In this document: positions 56,830-64,000 of the stretch, in pieces
How the letters are laid out: every line of letters starts with the position of its first letter
Numbering within the stretch: the stretch's first letter is position 1
Assembly: GCA_009694805.1 (NCBI GenBank)
Contig: SICM01000003.1
Span: 10,887 to 74,886, forward strand
Direction: 5' to 3'
From: Candidatus Latescibacterota bacterium
GTDB lineage: Bacteria > Latescibacterota > UBA2968 > SICM01
DNA length: 64,000 nucleotides
Program-made: the position numbers and the translations under genes
Notes under the pieces: generated by a model
What the model was told of the DNA's origin: nothing
What the model saw: the letters and a program-made list of their open reading frames with translations, nothing else
Database searches by the model: none

Positions 56830-59100
56830 TCAGTTGCCCACCCCTGCCCCTTTCGGACGCCAGGACGCCAGAGCCACCAGGGGGTTCAGCGAACGATCCT
56901 TCTTCTCCTGTCCCGGCGCCTGAGCGACATACGGCGAGGGGTGTTCCACGGGCAGGAACTCGGGTTTACAGACCAGGGCGCAGGCCGAGCCGTGCCTGAC
57001 CAGAGACCCCGGGGCCGGGGCCTGGGCAGCCACAAAGCCGTTCCCGTAGATGGAGGGCCGGAGCCCCTGGGCGCTCAGGCGGTTGATGGCCTGCCGGAGG
57101 GGGAGGCCGGTCAGGTCGGGCACGGCGGTCCCCGCGTCATTTCGGGCCATCATCAAGGCCTGGCATTTCAGCGTCAGACGGACGTTCGACCCGAGCGGTT
57201 CGCCGGGCAGGATCGACTGTTCCGTGATGACCCCTTCCCCTTCGAACCCGGCGACCATCTGGTATCTCCTCAGGACGCCCTCGGCGGAACCCCGCGAGAG
57301 GCCCAGGAGGTTGGGCATCGTGGGGGGGCCGGCGTATACGGCCCCGGTGTCCGGGGGTGTCCCAACGGGTGAGAGACGCGCCGGACAGTCTCTCAGGGCC
57401 AGGACGCGCTCCAGGATCCGCCGGAAGGTCGGGGCGGCCACGGCGCTGCCCCAGTGGACGCCGGTGGGCCGGTCGATGGCGACCAGGCAGAGGAGGCGCG
57501 GGTCGTCCGCCGGGAGGAAACCGACGAAGGAGGAGACATACTGCCCGCTCTCATAGCCCCTCCCCCCTTCGGCTGCGCGCTGGGCCGTGCCGGTCTTCCC
57601 GGCGACCTCGTAGCCGGCGACGGCGCCGTTCGTTCCGGTCCCTTCCTTGACGACGCCCTTGAAGAAGTCGACCAGGGTCTGGCAGGCCTTCTCTTCGATG
57701 ACCCGGCGAATGGCCTCAGGACGGGTCTCGGCAGGGGCCTGGCCCGTCCGGGCGATGGCCTTGAGGATACGCGGCTTCATCAGGACGCCTTCATTGGCGA
57801 CTGCCCCGTAGGCGAAGGCGAGCTGCAGGGGGGTGACCAGGACCTCCTGGCCTATGGCGATGGTCTCCATGGACCGCTTCGACCAGACGGAGGGGTGATG
57901 GAGGAGGCCCCTGGCCTCGCCGGGGAGTTCGATGCCCGTCCGGGCATCGAACCCGAAACGCCTGGCATATTCATAGAGGCGCTTTCCCCCGAGGGTGCGG
58001 GCGACCTTGATGGTCCCGATGTTGCTAGAATGTCCGATGACCTGTTTGAAGCTGAGCCAGCCGAGGGGATGGGAGTCCCGTATGAAGCCGCCGGGCACCG
58101 CCATCCTGCCGTTCTCGCAGAAGATCTGATCTTCGGGGCGTCGCGTCCCCTCGTTCAGCGCCGCCGCTGCCGCGACGATCTTGAAGGTGGACCCCGGCTC
58201 GTACATATCCGTGATCGCCCGGTTGCGCCGGTTCTCGGGGTGGTGCTCGCCGGGGCGGTTCGGGTCGTAGAGCGGCGCGCCGGCCATGGCCAGGATCTCC
58301 CCGGTGCGGGGGTTCATCAGGACGGCCACGCCGGCCTTGGCCCGGTATTTATCGACGGTGGCCGCCAGCTCTTCCTCGGCGATCCACTGACAGTCGGCAT
58401 CGATGGTGAGGGTCACATCCGCTCCGTCTTCCGGAGGGGTCAGGATCTCTCCACGCTCTGCGAGGGACCGCCCGAGGGCATCGACCTCCGAGACCATGAC
58501 CCCGGACTGACCCCTGAGGTGGCTGTCGAGCCCCAGCTCTCCCCCTTCAATGCCCACATTGTCGATGTCCGTATAGCCGAGGATCTGGCTTCCGACGCTT
58601 CCCATCGGATAGTAACGCTTCATCTCCACCAGGGCATGGGTCCCCTGGAGCGTCTTCATCTCGGCCTTCTGGAGACGCTCGATGTCGAACTTGCGCGCCA
58701 GCCAGGCGAACCTCCGCTGGCCGGTCAGGCCCCGGTAGAGATCGGACTCATCGAGGTTGGCGGCCCGGGCGAGGGTCCGGGCCGCTGCCTTGGGGTTTTT
58801 CACCTCTGCCTGGTTGGTGACAAAGTAAGAGATCATCTTGAGGTTGGTGGCCACCTCCCGGCCGTGACGGTCGAAGATACGGCCTCTTTTGGCTTCGAGG
58901 ACCACGCTCTTCGTGTGCTGATCCTTCGCCCGCTCGACGTAGCTCTGCCCTGCCCACACCTGAAGCTGGACGAGCCGCAGGATGAGGACCACCCCGAAGA
59001 GGGCGGCGCCCCAGAAGAGCAGGCCGAGGCGGCGGAGGTGCTTCGGGGAGGGCGCCGAGGGTGCCGGCGCTGACTTCGATAAAGAAGAGGGAAGGACCAT
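56830..59100 (-). CDS. ftsI: Class B penicillin-binding protein FtsI with two PASTA domains
   Basis: RGRIFDR, EPGSTFK (SxxK), SSN, GKTGTAQ, C-terminal PASTA-like repeats. Confidence 0.92.
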   Translation of the reverse strand: MVLPSSLSKSAPAPSAPSPKHLRRLGLLFWGAALFGVVLILRLVQLQVWAGQSYVERAKDQHTKSVVLEAKRGRIFDRHGREVATNLKMISYFVTNQAEVKNPKAAARTLARAANLDESDLYRGLTGQRRFAWLARKFDIERLQKAEMKTLQGTHALVEMKRYYPMGSVGSQILGYTDIDNVGIEGGELGLDSHLRGQSGVMVSEVDALGRSLAERGEILTPPEDGADVTLTIDADCQWIAEEELAATVDKYRAKAGVAVLMNPRTGEILAMAGAPLYDPNRPGEHHPENRRNRAITDMYEPGSTFKIVAAAAALNEGTRRPEDQIFCENGRMAVPGGFIRDSHPLGWLSFKQVIGHSSNIGTIKVARTLGGKRLYEYARRFGFDARTGIELPGEARGLLHHPSVWSKRSMETIAIGQEVLVTPLQLAFAYGAVANEGVLMKPRILKAIARTGQAPAETRPEAIRRVIEEKACQTLVDFFKGVVKEGTGTNGAVAGYEVAGKTGTAQRAAEGGRGYESGQYVSSFVGFLPADDPRLLCLVAIDRPTGVHWGSAVAAPTFRRILERVLALRDCPARLSPVGTPPDTGAVYAGPPTMPNLLGLSRGSAEGVLRRYQMVAGFEGEGVITEQSILPGEPLGSNVRLTLKCQALMMARNDAGTAVPDLTGLPLRQAINRLSAQGLRPSIYGNGFVAAQAPAPGSLVRHGSACALVCKPEFLPVEHPSPYVAQAPGQEKKDRSLNPLVALASWRPKGAGVGN

Positions 59101-59117
59101 AAAAGGCTCACGTCTTT

Positions 59118-59181
59118 CTAATGTGCTGACGACCTAATGTGCTGACGACCTAATGTGCTGACGACCTAATGTGCTGACGAC
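59118..59181. repeat. Perfect 16-bp tandem repeat x4 containing the ftsL stop codon
   Basis: CTAATGTGCTGACGAC at 59118, 59134, 59150 and 59166. Confidence 0.95.
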
Positions 59182-59474
59182 GACACCGTGAAGATATTCC
59201 TGGGGGAACCGGACGGGGTGATCATGGAAAGTTTCTCAGAGGCGATGGTCGCGACCCGCTTGCCGTGGGTCAGTCGGGCGGCGTTCACGGTCAGCCGGTC
59301 CCTTTCGTCCAGAAGCCTCTTTTTCTCCTCACCGAGGGTGCTCAATTCTTCTGCCAGATCCATCACCGCGACGTGCTGATAGAGGTAGATCAGCATACTT
59401 CCGACAATCAAAATGGTCCAGATCAGGTAGCGGCCGAAGGCCTGGTAAAATCGGCTCAGGTTTTCACTTTTCAT
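59166..59474 (-). CDS. ftsL: Cell division protein FtsL
   Basis: Single TM + coiled coil, RVATIASEKLSM; lies between rsmH and ftsI. Confidence 0.8.
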   Translation of the reverse strand: MKSENLSRFYQAFGRYLIWTILIVGSMLIYLYQHVAVMDLAEELSTLGEEKKRLLDERDRLTVNAARLTHGKRVATIASEKLSMITPSGSPRNIFTVSSSAH

Positions 59475-59545
59475 ATATTTAATAAAAATTAATTATATTT
59501 TCAAGTATTTTTAATATTTTTTAATTAATTTTCAATTCTCTGTTT

Positions 59546-60475
59546 TTAAATCTTTTCTGCAACTCTTAAGACCGCGCTTCGGGCTCTCGGGTTTCGCTCG
59601 ATCTCCTCAGGCCCCGGTCTTATCCCCCGCTTGCCGAAGATGAACTTCAGGGTGGATTGCCTTCCGCATCGGCAGACTGGAAAACCAGGGGGACAGATGC
59701 AACCCCGGACCCATTCGGCAAATGCCGTTTTGACTGTCCGGTCTTCTATGGAGTGGTAGCTCATCACCCCGACTCGCCCCCCGACTCCGAGGGCCTCAAC
59801 GGCCTGCCGGAGGGCTTCGGGGAGGTGTTCGATCTCTGCGTTGACCTCGATCCGGATGGCTTGAAAGATCCGGGACAGGGTCTTCTGGGGCAGGTCGGGG
59901 GGGATGATGGACCGTATCAGGGCTGCGAGTTCCCCGGTCCTCAGGATCGGCCCCTGTTCCCGCCGCGCGCAGATCGCTCGCGCGATGGGGGCTGCCCTCC
60001 TCTCCTCCCCGTAATCCCGAAAGATCCGGAGGAGGTCCTGGTAGGGCGCTGTATTGACGAGATGCCAGGCCGACCGGTCACCCTCTCCCATCCTCATGTC
60101 GAGGGGGCCGTCGTGTCGGTAACTGAACCCCCGATCCGGGTCGTCGATCTGGTGAGACGAGACGCCGAGGTCGAACAGGATGCCGTCGATCTCCCGGATG
60201 TTCAGGTCCCGCAGGAGGGCGCCGAGCTGCCAGAACACCCCCTGTCTCAGGGTCACCCGATCTCCGTATCTCCGGAGAGATTCTGCCGCGACCCGGATGG
60301 CCGCCGGGTCCCGGTCCAACCCGATGAGCCTGCCCCGTTCTGAAAGCCCGGAGAGGATGGCTGCCGCGTGTCCTCCTCCGCCCACCGTGGCGTCGAGGTA
60401 GAGGCCATCCCTGCCTGTGATCAGACTCTGCAGGATCTCCGATACTAGGACGGGGCTGTGGAATTCGGGGGACAC
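59546..60475 (-). CDS. rsmH: 16S rRNA m4C1402 methyltransferase
   Basis: HSPVL, DATVGGGGH, DLGVSS, RGFSY, PLDMRM, FQAIRIEVN, SYHSIEDR, NPRARSA. Confidence 0.96.
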   Translation of the reverse strand: MSPEFHSPVLVSEILQSLITGRDGLYLDATVGGGGHAAAILSGLSERGRLIGLDRDPAAIRVAAESLRRYGDRVTLRQGVFWQLGALLRDLNIREIDGILFDLGVSSHQIDDPDRGFSYRHDGPLDMRMGEGDRSAWHLVNTAPYQDLLRIFRDYGEERRAAPIARAICARREQGPILRTGELAALIRSIIPPDLPQKTLSRIFQAIRIEVNAEIEHLPEALRQAVEALGVGGRVGVMSYHSIEDRTVKTAFAEWVRGCICPPGFPVCRCGRQSTLKFIFGKRGIRPGPEEIERNPRARSAVLRVAEKI

Positions 60476-60479
60476 CTTT

Positions 60480-60686
60480 CTAAGATGTGAAACTGTAGTC
60501 TATTCTATTCTTTTCGGCCATCTCCAGACCGATGGCGTTCACGGTGGCGGGTTTGGTCCGACGCCGGCGCATGAGTTCGGTGATGGTGTAGAGATAGCTC
60601 CGGATGCGGGGGTTGGTGTGGACGCCCCGCTGAAGTCGCCAGTAGAGAATGGCCAGGTCCCGGTCGGTGTCCGTGTCGGGTGTCAT
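60480..60686 (-). CDS. Small basic hypothetical protein between mraZ and rsmH
   Basis: 68-aa ORF fills the gap co-directionally, AAAGGA upstream, ends 4 nt before the rsmH start. Confidence 0.55.
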   Translation of the reverse strand: MTPDTDTDRDLAILYWRLQRGVHTNPRIRSYLYTITELMRRRRTKPATVNAIGLEMAEKNRIDYSFTS

Positions 60687-60731
60687 ATTTATTCGAATAT
60701 CCTTTGGAATATTTATTCTTTATGCGGAATA

Positions 60732-61175
60732 TCAGAACAGGTCCGTCAATTCAGCGACCCTGGCCACGTCGATGCCGGCCATGTGTTGTTCGTAGCGCTC
60801 TGGGTTCCAAAGTTCTGCGTGGTCTCCAACACCGATGACCGTCACCCTATCCGTTATCCCGGCAAATCCTAAGAGCTTCTTATTTATGGAGATACGGCCC
60901 TGAGTGTCGATCTTGACGTCGTCGGAATTGGAGTGCAAGAAGCGGAGCAGGTTCCGGGTATTGGCGTCGGAAACTGAGGCCCCATTCTGTATTTTTGATG
61001 TAAGTTCGTTCCAGGTATGAAGATCAAACACTGCCAGACAGTTCTCCAGCCAGGCCGCGAGGACGCAGGTGTCGTTAGCCTCCTGAGGGAGCGAGCCCCG
61101 GATCTTACGAGGCAGGATGATCCGCCCTTTTTCGTCTACAGGGATCGAATCGTAGGCTCCACGGAAGAAGGACAT
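60732..61175 (-). CDS. mraZ: dcw cluster transcriptional repressor MraZ
   Basis: VDEKGRIILP, IDTQGRI, IGVGDHAELW; first gene of dcw. Confidence 0.93.
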   Translation of the reverse strand: MSFFRGAYDSIPVDEKGRIILPRKIRGSLPQEANDTCVLAAWLENCLAVFDLHTWNELTSKIQNGASVSDANTRNLLRFLHSNSDDVKIDTQGRISINKKLLGFAGITDRVTVIGVGDHAELWNPERYEQHMAGIDVARVAELTDLF

Positions 61176-61210
61176 ATATAACTCTATGTTTTACAGTGTT
61201 TAAACAGAAT

Positions 61211-61246
61211 TCCCAAATTTCACCACATTCCACCACTATTCACCAC
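61211..61246 (-). promoter_or_regulatory. MraZ operator: GTGGTG repeats at 10-bp period
   Basis: CACCAC on + strand at 61221, 61231 and 61241, with degenerate TCCCAA at 61211; fits the known GTGG/TGG repeat MraZ boxes. Confidence 0.8.
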
Positions 61247-61250
61247 CCGA

Positions 61251-61278
61251 ATTATACGAATTCCGGGGTGAAAGTCAA
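61251..61278 (-). promoter_or_regulatory. Sigma70-type dcw promoter
   Basis: Minus strand TTGACT-N16-TATAAT directly upstream of the MraZ boxes. Confidence 0.75.
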
Positions 61279-61446
61279 GTCGATTTTTCTCCTTTTTTCT
61301 ATCAAAAATAATGACTTGTGCTCATTTGGGCAGTTTTTTGGGGACAGATTCCGGTTGCACCAGGGGGGGCATTTTCTTAGCTTAGGGTCAAATGATCTGC
61401 ACGGCGCACGCAGAACGTACCGGAACGCATCAGGAGGGAGGGTGTC

Positions 61447-62412
61447 ATGGCGGTCAAGATCGGATTCGTGGGGACGGGGGGCATCGCGGGCATGCACATG
61501 CGTCAGCTCGCCCAGGTGGAGAAGGCTCAGATGGTGGCTTTCTGCGATGCGCTCAAGGAGCGGAGCAGGGCCGCGGCCAAGACCTATGGCGGGAGGGCCT
61601 ACACGGACTACCGGAAGATGTACGATCAGGAGGACCTGGACGCGGTCTACGTCTGTGTCCCTCCGTTCGCCCACGGGGAACAGGAGATCCTGGCGGCGGA
61701 ACGGGGGCTGGCCCTGTTCGTGGAGAAGCCGATCGCCACGACCCTGGAGAGGGCCGAGGAGGTCCGGTCGGCCATCGCCGGACACGGGGTCCTCAACGCC
61801 GTGGGGTATCACTGGCGGTATATGGATGCGACGGAGCGGGCGAAGAGGCTGATCGGAAAGGGGCCGGTGGGGTTTGCGCTGGGGAGCTGGATCGGGGGGA
61901 TGCCGGGCGTGGCCTGGTGGCGCGTCATGGCGCAGAGCGGGGGGCAGATCGTGGAGCAGACGACGCACATCTTCGACCTGGCCCGGCACCTGCTCGGCGA
62001 GGTCGAGGAGGTCCAGGCCTTTGGGCGGACAGGGGTCATCACCGGGGTCCCGAACTACGACATCCAGGATGCCTCGGTGGTGAACCTCCGGTTCAAGGGC
62101 GGGGCCGTGGCGAGCATCGCCTCCTCGTGTCTGGCCCGCGCCGGGGGGAAGGTGGGGCTGGATATATATATTAATGAAAAGGTCCTGCGGGTGTCGAGCA
62201 ACGCCCTGGAGGTCGTGGAGCGGGGGCATACGGAGGCGTTTCAGGGGGCCTGGGACCCCTACCTCAAGGAGGACCAGACCTTTGTGGAGGCGGTGGCATC
62301 CCGGAACGGGTCCAAAATCAGATCCTCTTATGCGGACGCGCTCAAGACGCTGAAGGTCACGCTGGCGGCCAATCGGTCCGTGGCGGAGGGGAAGCCGGTG
62401 GAAATACAGTGA
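61447..62412 (+). CDS. Gfo/Idh/MocA family oxidoreductase
   Basis: IGFVGTGGIA, FVEKPIA, SGGQIVEQTTHIFD. Confidence 0.9.
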   Translation: MAVKIGFVGTGGIAGMHMRQLAQVEKAQMVAFCDALKERSRAAAKTYGGRAYTDYRKMYDQEDLDAVYVCVPPFAHGEQEILAAERGLALFVEKPIATTLERAEEVRSAIAGHGVLNAVGYHWRYMDATERAKRLIGKGPVGFALGSWIGGMPGVAWWRVMAQSGGQIVEQTTHIFDLARHLLGEVEEVQAFGRTGVITGVPNYDIQDASVVNLRFKGGAVASIASSCLARAGGKVGLDIYINEKVLRVSSNALEVVERGHTEAFQGAWDPYLKEDQTFVEAVASRNGSKIRSSYADALKTLKVTLAANRSVAEGKPVEIQ

Positions 62413-62499
62413 TCAGTGATCAGTGATGAGTGGTCAGTGCCCCACCCATCCCCAAGGTACAAGCGGAGGAGGGGAAGGGTCTGACCACTGGCCACTGCT

Positions 62500-63232
62500 T
62501 TACTGGATGGTCGTGTCGAAGCGGGACCCCTTCTGGCCGGCATCGGGGTCGGGGGGGGGAGGGGGCTGAGGGGGAGGTTTCTGGGCAGGGGGCTTCCAGG
62601 GTTTGATCTTTTTCAGGCGCTCGTCGATGGACTGACGCTTCCGGGAGGCCTCCTCAATGCGCTGGAGGAGCTGATTCGTGGCTGACGCGAGGACCTCCTG
62701 GGGGTGAGGCTACCTGGCGGCGCGGGACCTCCTGGCGCGGGGTTTCCGGGGTCTCCGGGTCCGTTCGGGGAGGGTCCCAGCCGGCGATCTGCGAGAGGGC
62801 CTCGACCTCGGCGGTCATGGCGTCGATCCGGTCGCTCTGGAGGCAGGCGATGTCGAGGAGGAAGTTGAGCCGCCCCTCCTTTTTCACGGCCAGCGCCTCT
62901 ATGTCCCCGGCGGGTTTGAGGAGGTCGGAGGCAGACCCGGACTGCCGCTGCTTGTAGGCGTTGACCGTGAACCGCTGGAGGTCGAGCAGGCGTTCGCTGA
63001 TCTGGAGGTCGATGGCCTCACTGCGCTCCTCCGCCGCCTTCAGGCCGGTCAGCAGGACATCCTGGCCGGGCAGGGCCTCCGGGGGGAGGGGGGGGCTCCG
63101 GCGTCGTCTCCGAAGCCTCCGGAGCCGCCGTCGGTCCCAGGCCTCGGCCAGGCGGTCCCCCCATTTCAGGGCCAGGAGGACGGGGAGGGCCAGGAAGACG
63201 AGCAGGGCAAGGATGTAGAGCGTATCGTGCAT
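62500..63232 (-). CDS. Membrane-anchored coiled-coil hypothetical protein; frameshifted at ~62700
   Basis: AAGGAGG RBS, N-terminal TM; removing one base from the G5 run at 62700-62704 extends the ORF through QEVLASATNQLLQRIEEASRKRQSIDERLKK to TAA at 62500-62502. Confidence 0.6.
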
Positions 63233-63269
63233 GTATAGAAGTATAACCTCCTTTTCCAGGATGTCAACC

Positions 63270-64000
63270 ATGAACTACGGCGTGAAGATGCGGTTCGACG
63301 TGAAGGTCCCGATGCGGGACGGGGTGAACCTGTCGGCGGACCTCTACCTGCCCGACGCGCAGGGGCCGTTCCCGACGGTGCTCATCCGAACCCCTTACGA
63401 CAACAATGCGGCCTCGATGATCGAGAAGGGGCGGCGGCTGGCCAACCAGGGGTACGCGTGCGTGATCCAGGACTGCCGGGGGCGGTGGGACTCGGACGGG
63501 GTCTACTACGCCTTTCAGAACGAGGGGCAGGACGGGTACGACACGCAGGAGTGGATCGGCCGGCAGGCCTGGTGCAGCGGGAAGGTCGGGACCGCCGGGG
63601 GGTCCTACGTGGGGACGACGCAGTGGACGACGGCCCCGCACCGGAGCCGGTTCCTGACCTGCATGGTCCCGCGCGTGACGCCGAGCGACTACTGGGATTC
63701 GCCCAACTACACGCAGGGGGCGTTCCAGGTGGGGGTCCTGGCCACGTGGGGGATGCGGACGAACGGGCGCACGGCGCAGAGCATCGAGTATTACAACTGG
63801 GCAGAGCTGTTCCGGACGCTCCCTCTGATGGACCTGGAGCGGGCGGCGGGGCGGGACCTGGCCTTCTGGAAGGACTGGGTGAAGCACCCGACGTACGACG
63901 ACTACTGGCGGGCGATCAGCAACGAGGACAAGTGGGGGGAGATGGCGGCCCCGGCGCTCAACATGGGGGGGTGGTTCGACCTGTATTCGAAGGCCACGTT
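63270..64000 (+). CDS. CocE/NonD family hydrolase, 3'-truncated
   Basis: Manual translation: VPMRDGVNLSADLYLP, LIRTPY, QDCRGRWDSDG, DGYDTQEW, GGSYVG nucleophile, GGWFD. Confidence 0.9.
   Translation, partial: MNYGVKMRFDVKVPMRDGVNLSADLYLPDAQGPFPTVLIRTPYDNNAASMIEKGRRLANQGYACVIQDCRGRWDSDGVYYAFQNEGQDGYDTQEWIGRQAWCSGKVGTAGGSYVGTTQWTTAPHRSRFLTCMVPRVTPSDYWDSPNYTQGAFQVGVLATWGMRTNGRTAQSIEYYNWAELFRTLPLMDLERAAGRDLAFWKDWVKHPTYDDYWRAISNEDKWGEMAAPALNMGGWFDLYSKAT

Noticed and set aside
59118-59181. Possible CRISPR array
   Set aside because: The 16-bp units are contiguous with no spacers, and there are no cas genes
1-64000. tRNA, rRNA, transposase, integrase, prophage or defence genes
   Set aside because: None recognisable in the ORF translations or intergenic gaps

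Overview
High-GC bacterial chromosomal window, mostly housekeeping genes. The gene content (GWxTD-type protein, dcw order murC-murB-ftsQ-ftsA-ftsZ, many Gfo/Idh/MocA, amidohydrolase and ceramidase-like enzymes) suggests an uncultured FCB-superphylum diderm such as Latescibacterota/Handelsmanbacteria; this is inference only. Contents in order: partial ABC permease plus AttH-like lipocalin, LamG/TPR protein, tungsten-type aldehyde:ferredoxin oxidoreductase, Ldh_2 oxidoreductase, surA-MTase-ftsEX-envC, GH13 enzyme, GWxTD and TPR proteins, two amidohydrolases, purM, a cold-shock protein, wecB, an HMA lipoprotein, an Sdh1-type succinate dehydrogenase, a kinase/phosphatase pair, glycerate kinase, an hpn-like lipid modification/export cluster with two radical SAM enzymes, the dcw cluster (lacking mraY-murD), and a partial CocE/NonD hydrolase. 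No rRNA, tRNA, CRISPR array or transposase was recognised. The most unusual signals are non-coding. (1) A ~175-nt dispersed element in three copies, with compensatory base changes and a pseudoknot that could form a triple helix. (2) Degenerate 7-9-nt periodic arms, often in inverted pairs, at most gene junctions; in two cases they appear to encode signal peptides. (3) Several REP-like families. About five single-base frameshifts in G/C homopolymers are probably sequencing errors. All calls come from motif recognition by eye; no database search was run.
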